A stretch of 64,000 nucleotides of DNA from Octopus vulgaris (lineage: Eukaryota): positions 53,630,001-53,694,000 of the forward strand of contig OX597832.1 of assembly GCA_951406725.2 (NCBI GenBank). Reading direction: 5' to 3'. The translations under genes and the position numbers were made by a program. The notes beneath the pieces are model-generated. The model did no database searches. It had not been told where the DNA came from and saw only the letters and a program-made list of their open reading frames with translations. Each line of letters begins with the position of its first letter. Within the stretch, counting starts at the first letter, position 1. Below, piece after piece: positions 12,090 to 23,899 of this stretch.

Positions 12090-12880
12090 CATTGAAATTG
12101 AAAATGAGACACATTTTCATTATTAATGCTGTACAATCATCAAAAAACATATGTGCAATTTATGAAGATGGTGATGGTAACATAGCTGTAAGGTTTACAA
12201 GGTTTAGGAGTGAAATTTTGATCTGGGAATCCATGAATATTCCATCAAGCCTACAAAAGTTGATGATGACCAAATCAAATGCTACTCGAAAGTAATCGCA
12301 CAACACATTGCAAAGATAGTCCATGTATCTTATATGAGTGCTATAAGGCATCTCAAACACATCTGTATGCAAACCATTATGACAATTGGATGCCTCATAA
12401 TTTAATAGAAAAGACTTTAAATTATTGTATTTCCATCTATGTTTCAAAAATGACTCATTTTTGAAAAGAACAACCACAGATGATGAAGGATGAATTGCTT
12501 ACAACAACATAGAACAATAAAAGATCCCAGAGAACCACCTTCAATCACTTCAAATACTAATAGGCATCTGAAGAAGGTGACATTCCATATCCAATGGGAT
12601 TGGAAGGGTGTTGTGTAATATATGAGTTCATTCTACAAAATCATAACATTGAATTCAGACAATTATTGTTCCCAATTAGCCAAAGTAAAGGAGGTAATCA
12701 ATGAAAATGACCAGAATTGATTAATTGGAAGGGTGTTGTCTTTCTTCAGGATAATGTGAGGCATCATGTTTCCATGCAGTTCCAGCAGAAATGGGTTGAG
12801 TTGTCCTACCATACTCACCTGACCTTACACTTCCAGTTTACCATTTATTCCAATTCTCTTCAAAATTGTCTTAATACAAA
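12090..12880 (+). mobile_element. Heavily decayed mariner transposase remnant
   Basis: Fragments resembling TGDEKW-YDN (12475-12510), HDNARPH (12747-12770) and PYSPDL (12808-12830) with stops and frameshifts. Confidence 0.6.
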
Positions 12881-12907
12881 GAACACTAAAGGATGAAGGG
12901 AATCTAT

Positions 12908-13080
12908 ACACAATTAAATGGAGACTCCTTGAATAGCTGGGGTCCTACATAAACAGGAGCAAACGATGCAAGTTTTGCATAGCAGAGTGGGAAAGGATTC
13001 TAATAGTCTAGCTAGACGTGGGGATCCTTCTAAATTCCAGAGAAGTCTTTGGTCTTTGTCCACATTTTAAATGCTACTTA
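12908..13080 (+). mobile_element. Decayed C-terminal (GIY-YIG-side) coding remnant of a Penelope-like retroelement
   Basis: TIKWRLLE*LGSYINRSKRCKFCIAEWERILIV*LDVGILLNSREVFGLCPHF resembles the PLE C-terminal pattern IKW.IL...Y.....C..C..E...I.....LLN.R.E....C.H. Confidence 0.5.
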
Positions 13081-13182
13081 GTTCATGTGTGGAATTCCCC
13101 ATTTGTTGATTTAGAGCCGTAAAAAATTTGTCAACTAATCAGAAAATTTTCAGCTCTTCCCCATAGTTATATATGTGTATGT

Positions 13183-13712
13183 ATGGGAGGGCATAGCTAT
13201 TGATCGTAGCAGGTGGAGAAGGATTGTGCACGAGGGGACAGCTACTTTTGAGAAATCTCGAGTTGTGCATGAGAAAGTAAAGAGGGATGTCAGGAAGGGC
13301 ATTGCTGTTACACTTCCAGATGGGAAGGGTCTTCCTTTGATGCTGACATGCAGTGTCTGTGCAAGACCCTGCCTCAGTAAAGCTGGACTCAAGAGTCATC
13401 TTCGTAGTCATAAAGCAAGACAGATGAGTGACATCCTGGCCACTGGTGGTAGTGTAACACACCATACCGATCATATCTGTCAGGCATGTAGAAGAGAGTG
13501 TAATTTGGCAAGAGGACTTAAACGCCATGTAAAGGTAAGTGAAGCCCAGTTACAACTACAGCCGGCTATTACCGGTAAAGGGTTTAGCTGCCAATTCTGT
13601 ACAAAACATTGTAGATCTTTAGCTGGGCTAAAAAGTCACATTCAATCACAGCACCAATAACAGTTAAGCTTCATGCAATGGCCGTACTCGATAACGAGGG
13701 GGCAGCCACCAT
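13183..13712 (+). mobile_element. 3' end of an RTE-clade LINE with three C2H2-like fingers
   Basis: WEGIAIDRSRWRRIVHEGTATFEKSR...KRDVRK followed by CSVC..H..H, CQAC..H and CQFC..H...H; short 3' UTR ending in (TATG)n. Confidence 0.65.
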
Positions 13713-14366
13713 GTATGTGTGTGTGTATGTATGTATGTATGTACGTAAGTACGTATGTGTAGACAGCAACTCTAGCTGTTAACCATGAACTATGAAATAA
13801 CTTTCTCAACTTATCAAACCTTGATATAGGAAAAATTTATAATCTTCTATGTTAATAAACCATTATTGTTCCTGAAGGTTTTTTTTATACCTTCTATGGA
13901 CAGCTTGAAGCTTATAACTTCCTACACCCTGATGCTTAGATCTTACCTGTACATATATATATATATGCATATCTATGAGGGTGCATGTGTGTGTAAGTGT
14001 GTGCAGTTTCCTGTACATTTGTTGTAACAAACAAAAGAAAATACATGCAACACATAGTGTGATAATATTCAATTTATTTGGATGAAAATCACCTGAATCA
14101 TTGCTCTGAGAGATTCAGCAAATGGTTCAAACATCTGTATTTGTGTAGAGATATGTATTCAGATAACATATAAATATATACGTAAATTATAATGAAGATG
14201 ATGATGATGATGAAGATGATAATTATATATCTGTATCTATCTATCTATCTATATATATATATATATATATGTATGTATGAATATATATATATATTTATAT
14301 GAATATATATATATATATATGTGTATGTATGAATATATATATATATTTATATAATATATATATATA

Positions 14367-14454
<88 letters not shown>

Positions 14455-14455
14455 C

Positions 14456-14797
14456 ACAATTGCAGCGTGGAAGGTGTTTATAAGCCATTTAAGAAACACA
14501 CAAAACCGTTAGATTCACTTGAACATTTAAGTTTAATTTGTCAAAATATTTTCGGCGCTTTGAGGCGCGACATGTTCACTGCCAAATCTTCTTGCTGCAT
14601 CACGAAGCTTTGTCAGTGAACATGTCGCGGCCTCAAAACGACGAAAATATTTTGACAAGTTAAATTTAAATGTTGAAGTGAATCTAACGGTTTTGTATGT
14701 TTCTTAAATGGCTTATAAACACCTTCCACGCTGCAATTGTTTTCGTTCCAGATTATGATCTCAGATCAAGTCACTCGCTATGCAAGTACATCTCTGT
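14456..14797. mobile_element. Penelope-like foldback repeat (about 130-bp arms, 14456-14740) with G3-C8 hammerhead-like motif at 14610-14658 (+) and mirror 14538-14586 (-)
   Basis: Inverted arms acaattgcagcgtggaagg.../...ccttccacgctgcaattgt embedded in (TA)n; ttgtca-GTGAACA-t-gtcg...cgac-GAAA-atatt-t-tgacaa. Confidence 0.65.
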
Positions 14798-14947
14798 AAT
14801 ATATATATATATATGATTATATATATATATATATATATATATGGTTATATATATATATAAATATTTATATATATATATAAATATTTTTATATGCATGTAT
14901 GAATATGTATATATAAACACACACAATTCGTAAAGTCAATTATCTGT

Positions 14948-15320
14948 TCAAAACTTAGGCTTGAGTGTTATGTGTGTCATGTTTGAGCTTTCTGTTTTGG
15001 TTGAGCTTTCTGTCTGGTTTGATATTTCCGTCTTGTTTGGTCTTTCCGTCCCGTTTGGTCTTTCCGTCCCATTTGGTCTTTCCGTCCCATTTGGTCTTTT
15101 CGTCTTGTTTGGTCGTACCATCATTTTTGATCTTTCTGTTTTGTTTGACATAAGTGTCACGTATGATTTAGTTGACTTGTATTTTGTTGCTTCCACGTGT
15201 AATTCCACGAGATGAACTTTTACATGGGTAAACAGCTTCTCAGACTTCAACTCACGTAAATCATACTTCAAATTACTTAATCCATCTTTATTAAAATTTC
15301 TGTTACGTAAAAGCTTATAT
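14948..15320 (-). CDS. bre-4: GT7 glycosyltransferase terminal coding exon with repetitive C-terminal extension
   Basis: gtttcag|A; (R)YKLLRNRNFNKDGLSNLKYDL...LFTHVKVHL followed by an 18-nt-repeat tail (PNGTER)n; TGA at 14950-14948. Confidence 0.9.
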
Positions 15321-15746
15321 CTGAAACACAATAAATATATCCTGATAAAACAACACTTAATTCAGTGATATTGTGCATACGATATACATGTATAATATAA
15401 ATATAATTCACACACCCACACACATATTATATATATATATACATACGTGTGTATGCATGTGTGTATATATATATATAATATATATATAAATATACACACA
15501 TACATACATACATGTATAAGTGTGTGTGTGTATATATATATGTAAATATACTTTTCTACTCTAGGCAAAAGGCCCGAAATATTTGGGGAGGGGGCCCATT
15601 CGATTAGATCAACCCCTGTATGCAACTGGCACTTCTAAGCATTTTGCCCAACATGCTAACATTTCTGCCAGCTTGCTGCCTTTCAATATATGTAAATATT
15701 GAACAATGGTAATGAGTGGTCAACACTACATGGGTAAACAAAGATA

Positions 15747-17357
15747 CATTATTTGTGTATTAAGGCTACCATTGGTTTCATGCTAAGGAATGCCCGACAA
15801 TTACCAAGCCTATTATCACATGGAACATTTATGTTCATCTCCAGTTTGGATTAAAACACAGAAAGTCACAATAAAATCACATGAAATTTTCAGTAAACGA
15901 AAATACAAGACATCAAGGGAAACAAACTGTGAATGTTTATTTTCCTTCAATTCGACTTTTGGAAAAATTAAATTATCAGAATGCAATATATAAGAAAACG
16001 AACCTAATCACTTATAATTTTATCAATGTTGAAGCAAAAAATTAAAGCTACAAATCTTAAAATTGAAGAGAGAATAGAATGACATGTTTAAAAAATTTTT
16101 TTTTGTAACTCTGAAAGATGATAAACACAATTTTGCACAAAATTTTAGCTGTAGATTAACAAATTCCACAAAAAGCAAAATAGGCATTACTCATCATAAT
16201 CATCATCGTTATCTTGATGTCTTGTGTTTTCATTTATCAAAATTCTCATGATTTTATTGTGACTTTCCATGACATTTCATACTCTAATCCAAAATTAACA
16301 AATTCCACAAAAAGCAAAATAGGCATTACTCATCATAATCATCATCGTTATCTTGATGTCTTGTGTTTTCGTTTATCAAAATTCTCATGATTTTATTGTG
16401 ACTTTCCATGACATTTCATACTCTAATCCAAAATTAACAAATTCCACAAAAAGCAAAATAGGCATTACTCATCACAATCATCATCGTTATCTTGATGTCT
16501 TGTGTTTTCGTTTATCAAAATTCTCATGATTTTATTGTGACTTTCCATGACATTTCATACTCTAATCCAAAATTTAGCAAATTCCACAAAAAGCAAAATA
16601 GGCATTACTCATCATAATCATCATCGTTATCTTGATGTCTTGTGTTTTCGTTTATCAAAATTCTCATGATTTTATTGTGACTTTCCATGACATTTCATAC
16701 TCTAATCCAAAATTTAGCAAATTCCACAAAAAGCAAAATTGGCATTACTCATCATAATCATCATCGTTATCTTGATGTCTTGTGTTTTCGTTTATCAAAA
16801 TTCTCATGATTTTATTGTGACTTTCCATGACATTTCATACTCTAATCCAAAATTTAGCAAATTCCACAAAAAGCAAAATAGGCATTACTCATCATAATCA
16901 TCATCGTTATCTTGATGTCTTGTGTTTTCGTTTATCAAAATTCTCATGATTTTATTGTGACTTTCCATGACATTTCATACTCTAATCCAAAATTAACAAA
17001 TTCCACAAAAAGCAAAATAGGCATTACTCATCATAATCATCATCTTTATCTTGATGTCTTGTGTTTTCGTTTATCAAAATTCTCATGATTTTATTGTGAC
17101 TTTCCATGACATTTCATACTCTAATCCAAAATTAACAAATTCCACATAAAGCAAAATAGGCATTACTCATCATAATCATCATCTTTATCTTGATGTCTTG
17201 TGTTTTCGTTTATCAAAATTCTCATGATTTTATTGTGACTTTCCATGACATTTCATACTCTAATCCAAAATAGAGACAAACACTGATGTGATAGGTTTGA
17301 TAATTGTTGAGGTATTTCTTAACATGAAACCAATGGTAGCCTTAATGCACAAATAAA

Positions 17358-17358
<1 letters not shown>
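15747..17358. mobile_element. TA-flanked TIR element (about 75-bp TIRs) containing a tandem array
   Basis: TA|cattatttgtgtattaaggctaccattggtttcatg... versus ...catgaaaccaatggtagccttaatgcacaaataaag|TA. Confidence 0.7.
16155..17271. repeat. Tandem array, 8 copies of a 139-140 bp unit
   Basis: The aaattccaca anchor recurs at 16161, 16300, 16439, 16579, 16719, 16859, 16998 and 17137; units nearly identical. Confidence 0.95.
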
Positions 17359-17399
<41 letters not shown>

Positions 17400-17480
17400 C
17401 AACCCATGCCAGCATGGTAAATGAACGATGATATGTATGTATGTATGTAGAAAATACGTATATGTAATGTAGTATATGTA

Positions 17481-18404
17481 TTGGGTCATCCCATAAATAA
17501 TGCAATTTTTTTAATACCATTTATTTTTCAAAATTGAGATAAACAATGATCTTTTTTAATCTAAGATATACTCTCCTTCATTTTCTACAATGTCCTTCCA
17601 TCTATCTGGCAGACTCGCAAGGCTCCTCTTCTAAAATTCACTTGACCGTGATGAAAAATACTCCCCCAGTACTCTTCTGACCTCGTCTATAGAATTCATA
17701 TTTTTTCCATTCAAATGTTTTTGAAGACTGTGGAATAAATGATAATCAGATAGGCAAGGTCTGGCGAATATGGTGGGTAAGACATTGTTTCCCATTCAAA
17801 CTGCTTCAGCCTTTGGAATGTTATCCTTACTGTATGTGGCCAAACATTATCCTGATGGAAGAACACCTTTCATCTTAAACCAAAGATGGTCGTTTTCCTT
17901 CTAGCACTGACTTGAATGACTGGTTGAATGATCAAATCCAAGCTTCTCTGCTAGTTCCTCAACAGGTATGATGGGATTTTTTTTTCCAACCAGGGCTTGC
18001 AGGACGTCCTCATTGAGCTTTACAGATCTCCCAGGATGAGGCTTGTCTTCTAGGCTGTAGTTTCCGGCTCGGAATTTCTGGAACCACTGTTGACACTGGC
18101 TTTCGTTTATTGTCTGACCCCCATATACTGTATTAATATTCCTTGCACTTTCCGTTGCTTTGTTGCCTTTATTGGAATCATGAAGCAAAATATACCGAAT
18201 ATGCTACTTTGTCACTTCCATTATAGCTTTGAAAAAATAACTGTTAAATTTAAACTGCATTCTTCAAAACTTGCCCTAAGAATAAGGACGAGATAAAATT
18301 ACTACCTGTTTTATAGCAAGTTGATGCAGGTAGTTAATCCCACCCCACTCCGACTTTTAGTTCATGCAATTGAAAAAAACCACGTTATTTATGGGATGAC
18401 CCAA
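17481..18404 (-). mobile_element. Internally deleted mariner element
   Basis: TIRs ttgggtcatcccataaataa / ttatttatgggatgacccaa with TA flanks; HTH (QQWFQKFRAGNYSLEDKPHPGRS) and HQDNVWPH / PPYSPDLA remnants. Confidence 0.85.
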
Positions 18405-18711
18405 TATATAATGTATATCTATGTATATCTATGTAAATAATGATAATAATAATAATGGTTCCAAATTTTGCCACAAGGGCAGCAATTTTGGGGGAGGGAG
18501 AATAGTCGATTACATCGACCCCAGTACTTGACTGGTACTTAATTTATGGGCCCTAAAAGGATGAAAGGCAAAGTCGACCTCAGCAGAACAGCAGAATTTG
18601 AACTCAGAAGATCAAGTCAGATGAAATGCCGTCAATCATTTTGCCCAGCGTGCTAACAATTCTGCCAGCTTCCTGCCTTAATAATAATTATATCAATAAT
18701 AACAATAATCA

Positions 18712-18933
18712 ATAATTGTCAGAGCTCTGGGAACAGTGAGCAAAAATCTCGAGAAGTATGTGGAACAAATAGGGGCTGCAATAAGGGCAGAGCACTTGCA
18801 GAAAACAGCACTGCTTGGAACCGCTCGAATACTCCGGAAGGTGCTTGAAAAATAAGAGGTGTTACCTTAGTTCACTGGTAGTGAACAGCTGACACTGTAG
18901 TACATCTCCAGTGTTAGAAGCTGTGCAAAGGCA
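18712..18933 (+). mobile_element. 3' end of a Dong/R4-clade non-LTR retrotransposon followed by (AAT)n
   Basis: IIVRALGTVSKNLEKYVEQIGAAIRAEHLQKTALLGTARILRKVLEK*, then an (AAT)n tract to about 19000. Confidence 0.7.
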
Positions 18934-18935
18934 AT

Positions 18936-18983
<48 letters not shown>

Positions 18984-19157
18984 AATGATAATAATAATAA
19001 TCTTTCTACTATAGGCTCAATGTCTGAAATTTGGGGCAGGGACATAGTCAATTACATTGACCCCAGTTTTTAACTGGTACTTATTTCCTTGACCCCAAAC
19101 TAATGAAAGGTATTTTTCTCTCTATTCCCTAATCAAAATTTTTCAAATTATATTTAC

Positions 19158-19253
19158 CTGTTTTTATTTGGCACTCCTGGAATATGTTTCAGCATAGTAT
19201 AGCGTGCAACCAGTAGTGAGTGACGGTGAATATTATAGCTCTGAAGAGCAATT
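19158..19253 (-). CDS. bre-4: GT7 glycosyltransferase coding exon 5 (metal-binding MxxH loop)
   Basis: ttttcag|A ... AG|gtaaat; (R)IALQSYNIHRHSLLVARYTMLKHIPGVPNKN(R). Not in the ORF track; found by reading the minus strand. Confidence 0.92.
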
Positions 19254-20414
19254 CTGAAAAATAGAAATCACTCACTGAATATTTTTGATATCAGCAATTG
19301 ATGAACTGAAATATATTGAGAGAAAAAGCAATTTTATATTATGATCTCTTTGCAGCTCCCACTGACCATTCTTTCTTCCTTCTACAAAATGTGGGTAATC
19401 ATGCAGCTCTACTACAAGAATCTGCTCTGTCCCCACCCCCTCTCGCTCTTTCTCTCTCATACTATATCCCCTAAATCACCAACATAAAGCTTCCATCCTC
19501 CACCCTCCATCAAGGGGTTTGTAGTCTTACAAGCTGCATGGCAAACTCACTTGTGCTGGTGGCATGTAAACAGAAAAGCAGCTAGCACACTCTGTAAAAT
19601 GGTTGGTTTTAGAAAGGGCATCCAGACTAACACCCATACACTCACACCCACATACACACACACCAACATATACACGCACACGCACACATACACCTACACT
19701 CCCACACACATACATACGCACCTACATACACACACACACGCATACACACGCACACACACGCATACATACATATATTACACACGTACACACACACCTACAT
19801 ACACATGCATACACACACACACACACAAACACACACGGACACACCCATACATACATACATACATACACCTATACACACACGCCCACACACCTACATACAC
19901 ACACATGCATACACACACACACACGGACACACCCATACATACTTACATACATACACCTATATACACACGCCTACACACCTACATACACACACATGCATAC
20001 ACACACACACATGTACGCACATACACACACATATACGCACATACATATATATATATATAAGGTTAAAAATCATTATTTAAAATACCTATCATAGCAAGTG
20101 GCCAGCATGGGAATAAAAACCTTACAGGTAATAATTAATATTAAAATTATAATTTAAGGGTATCTAAAAGATACCACCATGCTAGAGATAGCAATCAGAA
20201 CCTGACTCTAAAACCACATCATGTATTCATACAGCACCAGGGGAAAAGACATATAGACAAATGAACTAGCAAAATTTTATTTTAGATACCCTCAATTATA
20301 ATTATATATATATATGTATATATATAGTTAATCTAAACATGAAAACACAACAACGCAAGGACGTGCAACAAATATAGTATTATTGGACGCTCAGGAAGGA
20401 AGGGAAGAAGGAGG

Positions 20415-20449
20415 GTTTAACGTTTCGAGCGGAGCTCTTCGTCGGAAAC
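20415..20449 (-). ncRNA. Minimal type I hammerhead motif with U4C core variant
   Basis: Minus strand: gttt-CCGACGA-a-gagc(tcc)gctc-GAAAC-GTT-aaac; palindromic ACGT stem III. Diverged relative with CTGAAGA at about 26215-26250. Confidence 0.55.
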
Positions 20450-22153
20450 ATAGGAGAAGGAAAGATTCAGAGAACGGAAGACAGAGGGGAAAAAAAATTC
20501 GCCAATGGTACACATGCGGTCACATTTTGAATGGAATATAAACTCAAATTCATCACAGTGGCGCGTGAGGGGCGTGAAGCGGAGTCCCTTACTGAGGAGA
20601 GAGCGCTCGGCAGCGGAGAGGGGGAGATTGGGGGGTATAGTGACAACAGTGCGAGGAAGCAGGGTGGTGGGATATATATATTGTGATCATGTGACCGACC
20701 AGACCATCAGATGTTGTTACACATCGCTGGTCACAATGTGTTCGCATTGTTTTAGCCTTCGAATGATGCCACCCCGCTGGCTAAGCGAGCAGGCCAACAG
20801 AAGAAAGAGTGGTGAAAGAGTACAGCAGGGATCACCCACCCCCTGCCGGAGCCTCGTGGAGCTTTTAGGTGTTTTCGCTAAATAAACACTCACAACGCCC
20901 GGTCTGGGAATCGAAACCGCGATCCTGCGACCGTGAGTCCGCTGCCCTAACCACTAGGCCATTGCGCATATATATATATATATAATATATTCTGTCAAGT
21001 GATTGGCATTAGGAAGGGCATCCAGCTGTAGAAACCATGTCAAAGCAGATATTAGAACTTGGCACAGCCCCCTTCCTTGTCTTTCATGTTAAACCATTCA
21101 ACCCATAGCAGTATACTAAACGAGATATCAAATGATGATGATGATGACAATGACGATAAATATGGTTGACATTATAAGAATTTAATAACATTTGAGAGAT
21201 CATGAAGTTATTTGAGTTCCACTTTTTTAATAGCAAAAAGGCTTTTTAATCCAATATTTACCTAGTGTGATTCATAGCTTTATACATCAAGACACCCCAG
21301 CACCCATCATCTCACTAACAACCGCTCATCATCATCATCTCTCTCTCTCTCTCTCTCTCTCTTCTCCCACCTTTCCTCTGTCTACAATACTATTCCACTA
21401 CTTTTCACCTACCTCATCATAATTGGTTCCCCTTCACCCACCCACCCTTATCCTTTCATCAGCCGCTCAACTCTTTCCAATTTCTGCAGTTGTCACCTAC
21501 TCTTCCCTATCTCCTTTACTTATCATCCACTCAACACTTGCTTGTTATTCCTAATGTCACCTCCTGAGGAGAATTAGCTATCATTGTTGAGGACATAGTG
21601 GTGCCTTACTGAGGAGCTACAGTTTATGAATGCTTAGGTTGGTCATGTTGTACCCTTCAATAAGTTTCAATTATTTAATTACAGGGATTCCTCGACTTGT
21701 GCGAGTAATTGGGGGACGTGCAATTCGAAATTCGCGCAAGTCGAGTACCAGATATTTTTTCTATAAATATTTTCCGGGATAACTGCTAAATATTGTTATA
21801 TTAAAGGAACACTTGGAGAAAGTATTGAATGAACTTTCTTTCTATTTGAAACCAAAAAACTTTTATTGGTGACTGCTTTGTACAAATACAAATTACAAAA
21901 AATACTACAAATTGTTTAATGATTATAAACAGAAAATAGAAAAATACATAGCAAATAAATCGCGTATCAAAAGGCATTTTATACACCTATGGAAAATTGC
22001 ATCATATTTACACATTCATCTGGGTATAGTAATTAAGGTCCTAAGTATCCATTTGTTTACACGCATATGAAACAAATACAAATAAAAGAAGAGTTTAATG
22101 TAAAGCTAAATAATAAATAAAAACAATGAAAATTAACTTTAACTAACATGTTA

Positions 22154-22566
22154 GGCGCAGGAGTGGCTGTGTGGTAAGTAGCTTGCTAACCAACCACATG
22201 GTTCCGGGTTCAGTCCCACTGCGTGGCATCTTGGGCAAGTGTCTTCTGCTATAGCCCCGGGCCGACCAATGCCTTGTGAGTGGATTTGGTAGACAGAAAC
22301 TGAAAGAAGCCTGTCGTATATATGTATATATATATATAAGTGTGTGTGTATATGTTTGTGTGTCTGTGTTTGTCCCCCTAGCATTGCTTGACAACCGATG
22401 CTAGTGTGTTTACGTCCCCGTCACTTAGCGGTTCGGCAAAAGAGACGATAGAATAAGTACTGGGCTTACAAAGAATAAGTCCTGGGGTCGATTTGCTCGA
22501 CTAATGGCGGTGCTCCAGCATAGCCGCAGTCAAATGACTGAAACAAGTAAAAGAGTAAAAGAGAGA
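22154..22566 (+). mobile_element. tRNA-derived SINE family A, full-length copy (others about 9090-9476 +, 32845-33220 +, 34270-34632 -, 42808-43216 -, 45793-46200 +, 58599-58970 +, 61261-61666 -, 63647-63965 -)
   Basis: Head ggcgcaggagtggctgtgtggtaag (A box), ggttcagtccc (B box), cttgggcaagtg central motif, internal (TA)/(TG) tract, (gtaaaaga)n tail. Confidence 0.85.
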
Positions 22567-23032
22567 GTATGTTATCAATTACTCAAACACAATTATTTTT
22601 ACTTTATGTATATTTGAAATGATGGATAAGATAACAAGATAACAGACAAGGCAATGCAACCACGGATAACAAATATTTTTACAACTGGTACTTAATTTGG
22701 TACTTAATTTGTCGAGCCCGAAAGGATGAAAGGTAAAGTCAACCTCGGCAGAATTTGAACTCAGAACGTAAAGGGAGACGAAATACTGCTAAGCATTTCA
22801 CCCAGCACGCTAACATTTCTGTCAGCTCACCTTCTTATCACACAACCACACCTGTGCATGAAACTGTTGTCAGAACAGTTTAAATTTCTCTAAATATTCA
22901 AAGTGTATCTGTTCCTACATATTCATTGCTGACATAAATGGTAAGATCACCTGTCATAAATTATAAATTGAATGTCTTACTTGACATAAATGGTAAGTTC
23001 ACCTGTCATAAATTATAAATTGAATGTCTTAC

Positions 23033-23155
23033 CTGTTATATAGATCATCATCTTCTCCTCCCCAACCAAAATAACGATTGGAAAAACCATTTACTTTCTG
23101 AAATTCTTCCTTTTTCATTGCTACAACACCACCAAACAAAGTGTTGTATGGCAAC
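23033..23155 (-). CDS. bre-4: GT7 glycosyltransferase coding exon 4 (catalytic GWGGEDDD)
   Basis: tatag|G ... AG|gtaaga; (K)[40 protein letters not shown](R). Confidence 0.96.
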
Positions 23156-23299
23156 CTATAATGATGAATATGGTATAATTGAAAAAACATTCCACAAGTG
23201 TTAAGCTTCAACAAAATGAATATGAGTGTGCATTGAAACAAATGTTTTTTTATATACATGAGGACAAGTGTAAGCTCGCAAGGAATGAAGCCAGTATGA

Positions 23300-23700
23300 T
23301 CCGATGAGTGTGTAATGTCAGTGTGCATACTCGACAAAGTGTAAGTACCTTGAGAGAGAGAAGTTGGACCTAAGAAACATCAGATGTGGTGTGCAAGAGA
23401 TGACAGTGCTGGTATGGTTGTGCGGCGAGAATGGATGAGGATAGCTGTGTGAAAAAGTGCCACACCCTAGTGGTTGAGGGAAACTGTGGAAGAGGCAGAC
23501 CCAGGAAGACCTGGGATGAGGTGGTGAAGCATGACCTTCGAACATTGGGCCTCACCGAGGCAATGACTAGTGACCAGGACCTTTGGAAATATGCTGTGCT
23601 TGAGAAGACCCGGCAAGCCAAATGAGACCATAACCCGTGGCCTATGCCAGGGGTGTAACCAGCCCACTTTTCCGTACCTTTCCTTCATTTGTCACTAAAC
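23300..23700 (+). mobile_element. 3' end of an RTE-type LINE
   Basis: WYG..ARMDEDSCVKKCHTLVVEGNCGRGRPRKTWDEVVKHDL...DLWK. Confidence 0.7.
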
Positions 23701-23899
23701 TCTGCTTGCGAATACCTGTTGAGGCAAGTGAAATCAAAATCAAATTTGATGACTGCCATCCATGCTAGTGGAGCGCTAAGAGCACCATCTGAGCGCGATC
23801 GTTGACAGAGCGGCTAACTGGCTTCTATGCCGATGGCATGTAAAAAGCACCATTCAAGTGTGATTGTTACCAGCATTGCCTCACTGGCACATTCAAGTG

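Noticed and set aside
16155-17271. Regularly spaced repeats as a CRISPR array
   Set aside because: Whole 139-140 bp units are near-identical with no unique spacers; eukaryotic intron; no cas genes.
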